From a virus (lineage: Duplodnaviria > Caudoviricetes): a DNA stretch of 44,447 nucleotides. Positions 1-8,000 of the stretch are shown here, in pieces (the stretch's first letter is position 1; the number at the start of each line of letters is the position of its first letter). The position numbers and the translations under genes were made by a program. Under the pieces are notes generated by a model. That model was not told the origin of the DNA and did not search any database. It worked only from the letters and a program-made list of their open reading frames with translations. The stretch lies in IMG/VR virus record IMGVR_UViG_3300025103_000045, positions 1-44,447 of that record, one strand, 5' to 3'.

Positions 1-1
1 G

Positions 2-196
2 TTTATTAACAGATCTGATGTAGGTTATAAAAAGTACGGCGTTACTTTACATAAAGATGACCAACCTTTAGATACATGGCTTCAACACATACAAGAAGAG
101 TTAATGGATGCTGTCAACTATATAGAAAAAACAAGACAAGCATTAAAAAGTGAAATTGAAGAATGTTATTTAAGAGATCTTAAAGCAAAAGAATAA
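2..196 (+). CDS. 5'-truncated all-alpha NTP pyrophosphohydrolase (MazG-like) phage protein
   Basis: Not in the ORF track. Frame 2 reads FINRSDVGYKKYGVTLHKDDQPLDTWLQHIQEELMDAVNYIEKT...KAKE*, with KYG and EExxD motifs. The stop overlaps the next ATG (TAATG). Confidence 0.6.
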   Translation, partial: FINRSDVGYKKYGVTLHKDDQPLDTWLQHIQEELMDAVNYIEKTRQALKSEIEECYLRDLKAKE

Positions 197-657
197 TGTT
201 TTATAAAAGAAAGAAGGGTCCAAAGAAAAAGAAAAGGGGCCCAGTACAATCTAGGAAAATTAGTTATGATGGTCATAACTTTGCATCAGGGTTGGAGAAG
301 TATATGTATATGGCTTTAGTCAAAGCAAAGATTAAAGCTAAATACGAGGGCGAAACTTTTGTATTGTTAAATGGATTTCATTTTGAAAATGAAGTTTATG
401 AAAGACAAGCAAACTCAAAGGGCGAATTTATTAATAGAGGAGAAAAGAGAATATTACCCATAAAGTACACACCTGATTTTATTGGTGAAGACTTTATTAT
501 TGAAACTAAAGGTAGACCCAATGAATCGTTTCCAATTAGATGGAAGCTATTTAAAAAGTTAGTTACCGAACAGTTCCCAAGTTACGTTCTTTTTAAACCA
601 CAAAATCAAAAAGAATGCGACAGAGTAATAGAAATATTGAAAAGCAAAAGAAAGTAG
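196..657 (+). CDS. T7 endonuclease I-like PD-(D/E)XK nuclease / Holliday junction resolvase
   Basis: Motifs FASGLE, YTPDF and IIETKG match the endonuclease I pattern. Confidence 0.8.
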   Translation: MFYKRKKGPKKKKRGPVQSRKISYDGHNFASGLEKYMYMALVKAKIKAKYEGETFVLLNGFHFENEVYERQANSKGEFINRGEKRILPIKYTPDFIGEDFIIETKGRPNESFPIRWKLFKKLVTEQFPSYVLFKPQNQKECDRVIEILKSKRK

Positions 658-782
658 CTAGATTAAAGTACAAGGAAAGACAAATAGAAAAGTATATGAA
701 ATGGGCAATCAACAGAGGATTTTTAAGATGGAGAGAGCTTGTTGAAATACACGACAAACACAATGTAAAAGTATACGAATAA
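615..782 (+). CDS. small basic hypothetical protein (55 aa)
   Basis: Hand-translated MRQSNRNIEKQKKVARLKYKERQIEKYMKWAINRGFLRWRELVEIHDKHNVKVYE*. It tiles the gap between its neighbours. Confidence 0.6.
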   Translation: MRQSNRNIEKQKKVARLKYKERQIEKYMKWAINRGFLRWRELVEIHDKHNVKVYE

Positions 783-785
783 TAT

Positions 786-935
786 ATGAAAGCATGGAGA
801 ATATCTATAGGTTTATATCCAGGAATACTTATAGGAATTAGATCATATGAACAAGAAGAGGGAGTAGTACTACACGTATTATATTTACCTTTCATAGACA
901 TAGCGTTAGAAATTTTAAAAAAAGAAGAAAATTAA
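786..935 (+). CDS. small hypothetical protein (49 aa)
   Basis: Hand-translated MKAWRISIGLYPGILIGIRSYEQEEGVVLHVLYLPFIDIALEILKKEEN*. It starts 3 nt after the previous stop and ends 2 nt before nrdB. Confidence 0.65.
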   Translation: MKAWRISIGLYPGILIGIRSYEQEEGVVLHVLYLPFIDIALEILKKEEN

Positions 936-937
936 TT

Positions 938-1906
938 ATGGGATTATTTGACAATAGAATAGCTTACAAACCTTTTGAGTATCCAGTATACTACAATGAA
1001 GGTTGGTTACCAATTATGCAAGCCTTTTGGTTACACACAGAAATACCAATGCAAGGCGATGTAAAAGATTGGAACGAAAGATTAACACCCTCTGAAAAGA
1101 ATTTAGTGGGTAATATATTATTAGGATTTGCACAAACTGAATGTGCTGTTTCTGATTATTGGACACAAAACGTTGTAGGTTGGTTTCCTAAACATGAAAT
1201 TCAACAAATGGCAATGGCTTTTGGCTCAAATGAAACAGTACACGCTGTGGCATATAGTTATCTTAATGAAACTTTAGGTCTTGAAGACTTTGAAGCCTTT
1301 TTACATGAACCTGCAACAGCAGCAAGATTTGATAATTTAGTTGCTTACGAAGGAAAAGACCCAGTGGGTATTGCAAAAAGTTTAGCTGTATTCTCTGCAT
1401 TCGCTGAAGGTGTATCTTTATACTCTGCATTTGCAGTGCTATATAGTTTTCAATTACGTAATTTACTTAAAGGAGTAGGCCAACAAATGAAATGGTCTGT
1501 AAGAGATGAATCATTACATTCTAAAATGGGTTGCCAGCTATTCAGACATATGTGTGAAGAGTTACCTAATTTAAAAGAAGAATGTAAAGAGCATGTATTG
1601 GAAGCTGCTGATACGATGTTAGACCTTGAATTAAAATATATTGACAAAATGTTTGAACAAGGTGATATAGAAAATTTAAAGAAAGAAGATTTAAAAAACT
1701 TTATAAGGAAAAGAGCAAATGAAAAAATTGTTGAACTCGGTTATACAGAAGAAGCAAATCATTTCAGATTTGATGCAGCCAGCGCTAGTGTTTTGGATTG
1801 GTTTTATCATCTTACTGGGGGTGTTACTCACACCGATTTTTTTGCTATCAGGCCTACTGACTATTCTAAAGCAAACGAAGGAGAAGATTTTGAGGATATT
1901 TGGTAG
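938..1906 (+). CDS. nrdB: class I ribonucleotide reductase beta subunit (Flavobacterium NrdBi-like)
   Basis: KPFEYP; metal ligands E68, E99xxH102, AEG and DESLH; Tyr106; C-terminal DFFAIRPTDY. Confidence 0.95.
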   Translation: MGLFDNRIAYKPFEYPVYYNEGWLPIMQAFWLHTEIPMQGDVKDWNERLTPSEKNLVGNILLGFAQTECAVSDYWTQNVVGWFPKHEIQQMAMAFGSNETVHAVAYSYLNETLGLEDFEAFLHEPATAARFDNLVAYEGKDPVGIAKSLAVFSAFAEGVSLYSAFAVLYSFQLRNLLKGVGQQMKWSVRDESLHSKMGCQLFRHMCEELPNLKEECKEHVLEAADTMLDLELKYIDKMFEQGDIENLKKEDLKNFIRKRANEKIVELGYTEEANHFRFDAASASVLDWFYHLTGGVTHTDFFAIRPTDYSKANEGEDFEDIW

Positions 1907-2069
1907 TCTATTACTATTAGCTTTAATAAGCTGTAGTAAAACAGAGGTCGAATGTGATTTAAAAACAATTGAAATGTATGCCGTTGAAAAATGCAGCGGC
2001 TATGCAACTAACGAGGAGTGTACAAATGAAGTAGTTCACTTAATAACTACGTCTTGTGGAATTAAATAA
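1890..2069 (+). CDS. small Cys-rich predicted lipoprotein (59 aa)
   Basis: A TTG start at 1890 in the frame of track ORF 1719..2069 gives MRIFGSLLLLALIS-CSKTEVEC..., a type II signal peptide with lipobox. Confidence 0.65.
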   Translation: MRIFGSLLLLALISCSKTEVECDLKTIEMYAVEKCSGYATNEECTNEVVHLITTSCGIK

Positions 2070-2074
2070 TAAAT

Positions 2075-2275
2075 ATGAAAGAATCAGAACTAATAATAAT
2101 GAGGAAAAAAATAGAACAGCTAGGAGCTTTAATGCAAGGTGTTCTACAGGAATTAACAAATCTTAGGGATTTGTCGGTTGGTACTTTACAAACAATTAAA
2201 AATATGCCAGATTACGACAAAGCTATTAAAAAATTAGAAGAACAAATGAAAGAAAAACAAGAAGATGTGGAATAA
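2075..2275 (+). CDS. small coiled-coil hypothetical protein
   Basis: 66-aa helical ORF with an AT-rich leader, overlapping the nrdA start. Confidence 0.7.
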   Translation: MKESELIIMRKKIEQLGALMQGVLQELTNLRDLSVGTLQTIKNMPDYDKAIKKLEEQMKEKQEDVE

Positions 2276-4010
2276 CGATTGGAAGAAAGGCGTAGACTAC
2301 CCCTCCTGGGGCGATACGGACGTATATAAGAAGACTATAGCTGGTGGTTATCTATTACAAGGGGAATCACCAAAAGATGCTTATAAGAGAGTTTCTACTG
2401 CGGTTGCTAGAAGACTATATAAACCAGAATTAGCAGATAAGTTTTTTGATTATATTTGGAAAGGTTGGCTTTGTTTAGCTTCACCTGTATTATCTAATAC
2501 TGGAACAGACAGAGGTTTACCTATTAGTTGTTTTGGTATTGATGTTGCTGATAGCATTATGGATATAGGTAATAAAAATCTTGAAATGATGTTGCTTGCG
2601 AAACACGGTGGTGGTGTTGGCCTCGGCGTAAATATGATTAGACCAGCAGGCGCTACCATTGCAGGCAACGGAACTTCAGACGGAGTTGTACCATTCTGTA
2701 AAATATATGATTCAACTATATTAGCTACAAATCAAGGATCGGTTAGAAGAGGTGCAGCTTCAGTTAATATAAACATTGATCACCCTGATTTTTTAGATTG
2801 GTTAGAGATAAGAGAACCTAAAGGTGATGTTAATAGACAGTCTTTAAATTTACATCAATGTGCAGTTGTTGGTGATAAGTTTATGAGAAGACTCGATGAA
2901 GGACAACCAGAAGCAAGAAACAAATGGAGTAAACTATTACAGAAAAGAAAAGCTACAGGCGAACCTTATATAATGTTTAAAGGTAACATTAATAAAGTAA
3001 ATCCTAAAGCATATAAAGCTAATAGTTTAAAAGTTCATATGACTAATATATGTTCTGAGATTACACTGCATACAGATGAGTCTCATTCTTTTGTATGTTG
3101 TTTATCTTCTGTTAACTTAGCTAAGTATGATGAGTGGAAAAATAGTGATTTAATATATGACGCTACGTGGTTTTTAGATGGAGTGTTATCTGAATTTATA
3201 CAAAGAGCTAAGAATATGAAAGGTTTTGATAATGCTGTTAGATCTGCCGAGAAAGGTAGAGCGTTAGGATTAGGGGTATTAGGCTGGCATACGTTATTAC
3301 AACAAAAAGGTATTGCTTTTGAAGGATTGCTTGCGCAGTTTAAAACAAGAGAAATATTTTCTCAATTAAAATTAGAAACTGAAAGGGCTAGTAGAGACTT
3401 AGCCGATGTATATGGTGAACCATTATGGTGTGTAGGTACAGGAATGCGAAACACACATTTAAGAGCGGTTGCACCAACAGTATCGAATAGTAAATTATCT
3501 GGTAATGTATCACCGGGAGTTGAACCTTGGGCTGCTAATGTATTCACAGAGCAGTCTGCTAAGGGTACATTTATAAGGAAGAATTTAGAATTAAAAAAAT
3601 TGTTTAAAAAAATAGGTATAGATAATCAAAAGACTTGGGATCAAGTTTTAAAAGATAAAGGATCTATACAAGGTATAAAAAAATTAGATGGTTACTATTA
3701 CGATAATACTGGCAAGCTTACTCAGGAAGAGGGTGGCGAGCCGGTTAAAAATGTTTTCAAAACGTTTAAGGAAATAAATCAACTAGAACTAGTTAATCAG
3801 GCGGGTATAAGACAAACTTATATTGATCAAGCGGTTAGCTTAAATCTAGCATTCCCATCACAAGCAGAACCTAGATGGATTAATAAAGTTCATATGGAAG
3901 CTTGGAAAAGAGGAATTAAAACTTTATATTATATGAGAACAGAGAGCGTTCTCAGAGGCGATATTGCAGCGGAGGCAATGAATCCGGATTGCTTAAGTTG
4001 CGATGGTTAG
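2265..4010 (+). CDS. nrdA: class I ribonucleotide reductase alpha subunit, short form without ATP cone
   Basis: RGLPISCF, TNICSEI, VCCLSS, GLGVLG, APTVSNS, KTLYY and a C-terminal CLSC redox pair. Confidence 0.96.
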   Translation: MWNNDWKKGVDYPSWGDTDVYKKTIAGGYLLQGESPKDAYKRVSTAVARRLYKPELADKFFDYIWKGWLCLASPVLSNTGTDRGLPISCFGIDVADSIMDIGNKNLEMMLLAKHGGGVGLGVNMIRPAGATIAGNGTSDGVVPFCKIYDSTILATNQGSVRRGAASVNINIDHPDFLDWLEIREPKGDVNRQSLNLHQCAVVGDKFMRRLDEGQPEARNKWSKLLQKRKATGEPYIMFKGNINKVNPKAYKANSLKVHMTNICSEITLHTDESHSFVCCLSSVNLAKYDEWKNSDLIYDATWFLDGVLSEFIQRAKNMKGFDNAVRSAEKGRALGLGVLGWHTLLQQKGIAFEGLLAQFKTREIFSQLKLETERASRDLADVYGEPLWCVGTGMRNTHLRAVAPTVSNSKLSGNVSPGVEPWAANVFTEQSAKGTFIRKNLELKKLFKKIGIDNQKTWDQVLKDKGSIQGIKKLDGYYYDNTGKLTQEEGGEPVKNVFKTFKEINQLELVNQAGIRQTYIDQAVSLNLAFPSQAEPRWINKVHMEAWKRGIKTLYYMRTESVLRGDIAAEAMNPDCLSCDG

Positions 4011-4029
4011 TTTTGTTTTGTTTAGTATG

Positions 4030-4062
4030 AATAGGGGTTGTAGAAATGCGATCCCTATTTTA
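4030..4062. terminator. hairpin terminator between convergent transcription units
   Basis: AATAGGGGTTGTA-GAAA-TGCGATCCCTATT stem with G-U pairs and a GNRA loop on the + strand, followed by a short T run. It lies between the nrdA and endolysin stops. Confidence 0.75.
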
Positions 4063-4521
4063 TATTATGCTATACATTGCTTTTCCGTTTACTCTTTTTG
4101 CTTTTAAGCATCTGTTTCTATTTTGTTCTTCAGATACATAACTTATATGTACCCAATCTGGATTTTCATCTGTACCAAATTCCCAAATCATTTGGTCAAA
4201 GTTTAAGTTTTCTTTTATATATTCATACATCTCTGCATTGGTCTTATGACCGAATGTATCATCAATATCCATAGCTCTACCATCACAGTGTTGTGATCTA
4301 GAACTTCCACCTATCGCTTTATTCAAAGCAACAGATCTATAAAAAGAATTAATTTTTATTGGTCCACCAACCCATTCACGCAAAGGTTCAAATATATTAT
4401 TTGCAACACCAGTCATATTACCTAAGTGATATTCCCCTGGAGAGTTATCAATGTTTAATCTCATTGCTGTATTTGATTTAATACCTTCTTTATATGAAAC
4501 GTGCTCACTTATCTTTTCCAT
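4060..4521 (-). CDS. peptidase M15A family endolysin
   Basis: SFYRS..LN..IGG...SQH..G.AMD and WVHISY Zn-peptidase motifs. It is the last gene of the late operon. Confidence 0.88.
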   Translation of the reverse strand: MEKISEHVSYKEGIKSNTAMRLNIDNSPGEYHLGNMTGVANNIFEPLREWVGGPIKINSFYRSVALNKAIGGSSRSQHCDGRAMDIDDTFGHKTNAEMYEYIKENLNFDQMIWEFGTDENPDWVHISYVSEEQNRNRCLKAKRVNGKAMYSII

Positions 4522-4522
4522 A

Positions 4523-4798
4523 CTACTTTCTTCTTTTAGTGTTTGACACTCTTCTAGGTTTTCCAGCTGGTTGACCTAATCTTTTCTTTTCTCTTATTTT
4601 TTTAGCTTTTTCAGATGAGCTCATTTCAGACGCAGTCTTTACTGTTTTACTAGATACACGTTTACTTGGTCTACAGTAAGGCGTGCCTCTTTTTTCACCC
4701 TTTGTTCTACCGCAAGGTTTACCAGTACGTACATCTACCCACTTTTCTTTAAACCATCGTTTAAGTTGTGCTCCTTTTTTGGTTTTACGAACAGCCAT
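4523..4798 (-). CDS. highly basic small protein (LKRWFKEKWVD / YCRPSKRV family)
   Basis: 91 aa, very K/R-rich. The motif is familiar from aquatic virus proteins. Confidence 0.8.
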   Translation of the reverse strand: MAVRKTKKGAQLKRWFKEKWVDVRTGKPCGRTKGEKRGTPYCRPSKRVSSKTVKTASEMSSSEKAKKIREKKRLGQPAGKPRRVSNTKRRK

Positions 4799-4923
4799 TA
4801 TTTTTTAACTTTAGAATGGCCGCAGCCTTTTTTCTTTAATGCTAAATGTTGCTTGTATGTATTTGCTTTAACGTCTTTACCGTTTTTACAATACATCATG
4901 TGTGGTTTAAATTTTTCTTCCAT
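4798..4923 (-). CDS. small basic protein (41 aa, FKPHMMY motif)
   Basis: Hand-translated MEEKFKPHMMYCKNGKDVKANTYKQHLALKKKGCGHSKVKK*. TAATG overlaps at both ends. Confidence 0.8.
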   Translation of the reverse strand: MEEKFKPHMMYCKNGKDVKANTYKQHLALKKKGCGHSKVKK

Positions 4924-5054
4924 TACTTTTTAGATTTATTACCCCAGTTGGCAGCACCAACCTTACGGCATTTTGCTATTGCTCCACTTGCGTACGCAGA
5001 TGGGAATACTCTATATTTTGCTTTTACTTTTTTATAACACGCGTCTTTTGGCAT
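4923..5054 (-). CDS. small basic protein (43 aa, DACY..KVK...PSAYASG motif)
   Basis: Hand-translated MPKDACYKKVKAKYRVFPSAYASGAIAKCRKVGAANWGNKSKK*. It starts 2 nt after the upstream stop and has a TAATG overlap downstream. Confidence 0.82.
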   Translation of the reverse strand: MPKDACYKKVKAKYRVFPSAYASGAIAKCRKVGAANWGNKSKK

Positions 5055-5056
5055 AA

Positions 5057-8000
5057 TTAGTTTCTTTTTATTTTTTCTCTTTTTATTTTTTCTCTTTTAA
5101 TTTTTGTTCTTGGAATTTTTATTCTAGCATTCATTTTAGGCTCCTTTTGATTAGGCCCTAATTTAACGTCCCATTCACTATAACCGAGTGCTAATGCAAT
5201 TGATTGCCATAATTCAGTTTCGCTATTTGAAGCTAATACTAAGTTATTCCATTTTCTTATAGCTCTATCAGCTGGTAAATTAAACACAGCGGATAAAACT
5301 TCACCTGCAGATATTACAGCTGGATTTTTTGTATCAAGACCAAGCTCTCTAATTTTTTCTCTTTCTTGCTTATATGTAAATCTTCTACCCGCTCTAATCA
5401 TTTTTTGAAGTTTAGAGTTGATAGGTGGAGATAGTGATGTAGTTTTAATAGCGGCTTGTGTAAAATCTTTTCTACCTTTTTCTTGTTTTATTATTTCAAG
5501 TATAACATTTTTAGTTGTTGCCGCAATCGCACCATATACACCTGTACCAACTATTAAAGTATCAGCCATTCTATTTCCAATATTAAATAACCTGTCCTTT
5601 TTTTCGTCTTCTTCTTCATTGTCAAACGCTAAAGCAAATAAAGCAGTTTGTAGTGCATGAAATATTAAGTTTTGTATTGCACCATAATATACTATTTTAG
5701 ATACATTTGATTTCCAGTCACCACGCTTGTTTATAAGATCCAGAGCGGCTTTTTTCATAAGTCTGGTATATTGCATCGGTGTGTTCTGGAAAGCTAATAT
5801 AAGACGTCCTAATGGACTAGCTTGCTGCTTTGATATTTTATCAGGTCTTGATGATTGCTGTGCAGTTTCAGCTAATTCTTGAAAATCTAAGAATGTTTGT
5901 TCCTCTGCCTGCTTTTTAGACATACCTTCTGATAGGTATTTATTTAATCTATTTCTATAAAAACTCGCGCCACCAATAGATATTGCAAAACTATCTGCTA
6001 TTTGTGTAGGTAAAAATCCTTTTTTAAGTATTGCTGCAAGTGCGGATTTAACTTTATTTGTACTATTAGCTGTTGCATTTGCAATTTCATCCGCGTTAAC
6101 ATCTGTTTTTAAACCTGATCTTCTAGCTTTTAAAAAGTCTGAGTTATATAAAAAAGCAAAATCAGCCCAAAATTGTTTTTGATCCGCAAACGCTGCACCA
6201 GCTTTTACAATATTATTATCAGACCAATTTATAAAGTTAAAACTTGATATTGTTTGTAGCAATGCTGATCTTGTATTAAAGAACATTATAGTACCAACAG
6301 AGTTATTTGTCCAGTCTAAAAAGCTATTTGTTATATCATCAGTCTTATCAATGTTTCTGTTCCTACCAGTTCTTATTCTATTTAATATATTTTCAAGAGC
6401 ATCAATATAGTTTTCACCCATTAAAGCTCTCAGCTTGTTCACATTATCACCTTCTAGTTTACCACCTCTTCCTAAAACACCAATAGCTTCATCAACATTA
6501 TTAAAGAACGGAGTTAAGTATTCTTTCCTAGTTACATCATTAACATGATCTAATATATCTGTTAACATAGTTCCTGCTAACCAATCATTAGTTTCTCCTG
6601 GCTCCGGATATATTTTTTCTTCAAATATATTATCAAGCTTTTCCATAAGTTGCATAGAATCAAAATCTTGTCTTACTGAATTACTTAACGTTTTAGCTTC
6701 GTTTTTAGATAAGCCTGGAACAGTATATCCTTTTTTAACCCATAAACGTACTCTCAATGCTTGCTCTTTTGTATAACCTGGGATTGATGACTCAGCGCTT
6801 AAATCTATACCACTTGCTTTTATTTCTTTTTTTACTTCTTTAAAGTTTTGTAAAGTTGCTTGTTTAACAGCATCAAAAGCCATTAAACCTTCTGCTAAGG
6901 GTCTATAAATATTATCCTTAAACCAAAGAGCATTTTTATTACCTACATCACCTTTACCATATAACGGGTACATTAAGCCTTCAAAGTCTTCTGCTGAGTA
7001 AGGAATTAACGGTCTAAACCTATCTTTTTTCTTACCTCTTTGCTTAGATGCAATAAATGACGGCACATCTTCCATTGCCATACCTTTTGTTTCTTCTAGT
7101 ATACCAGCAAATTCAGCTTTTGCATTAAACGGTTTAGCGGCTAACCCAAATTTATGTGTGGAAGCTTTTACTCCCTTTGATGAAATGCTTGTAATTCTAT
7201 TAACAACAACTATATTAACATTCCCGCCGCTTCTTTTTAATCTTATTTCGTATTTAGATTTACCTTCTAAAAATGGGATATTATCTACAGTGTTGTTTAA
7301 AGCATGGAATTTGTCTTCTTTGGCATGATATAAAATATCTGTGCCATCATAATGTTGTAATATATTTGATACATTATCAAATTTTATTTCTGTATTTGGC
7401 AGCAGTCCTTTAGCTTTTGCTCTATTATGTCCTTCTTCTGTAACTCTTATTACACCATCTTTAGTAACTGTGGCTTTAGCTTCTTCTAAATATTCTTTTA
7501 ATTTTATAACAAACCCACTATCAACTAAATGTTTTTTAACAACCGCAAATTTACTTTGGTCCATTGGGTTTTTACCTTGACTAATTTCATTATTTTTAAA
7601 TCTAACACTGACTTCACCAGTTTGATCTGCCATTTTACTTTTAGCCTCCATTTTTAAAATATTGTTATTTGGACTAATAAAAGCAAGATCAGAGCCTTCT
7701 TTATTACTAGGCCCTTTTAAATCGTTTAAAGATTCTAAATTTTTATTGTTATTTAAAACAATTTTTTCGGCATTGTACTCTTCAACATATCTTTTAAAGT
7801 TTTTTAAGCTAATAGGGGTTTTTTTGTTTTTTTGTTCAGGATACTGCGCTATAAACCTAGCGTACATAGGTTTTAAAATTTCATTAACCTTTGTTATTTT
7901 TTTAGGGCTAGGATCATATAAAGACATATTAGCATTTATAGCGTCTTGCGTTTTTTCAACATTGCCGTTTGTATCTTTTACAAATGTTTGTGCAGCTAAT

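Noticed and set aside
593-901. 102-aa minus-strand ORF
   Set aside because: Antisense shadow of two + strand genes (615-782, 786-935) that tile the operon.
1719-1889. N-terminal extension of the 116-aa track ORF overlapping nrdB
   Set aside because: A TTG at 1890 gives a clean signal peptide. The extension has a hydrophobic patch, but I see no independent support for it.
2281-2340. GC-richer patch at the nrdA 5' end
   Set aside because: Both alternative + frames close quickly and I found no convincing structure.
4846-5037. 63-aa plus-strand ORF
   Set aside because: Antisense to two coupled minus-strand small genes with recognisable motifs.
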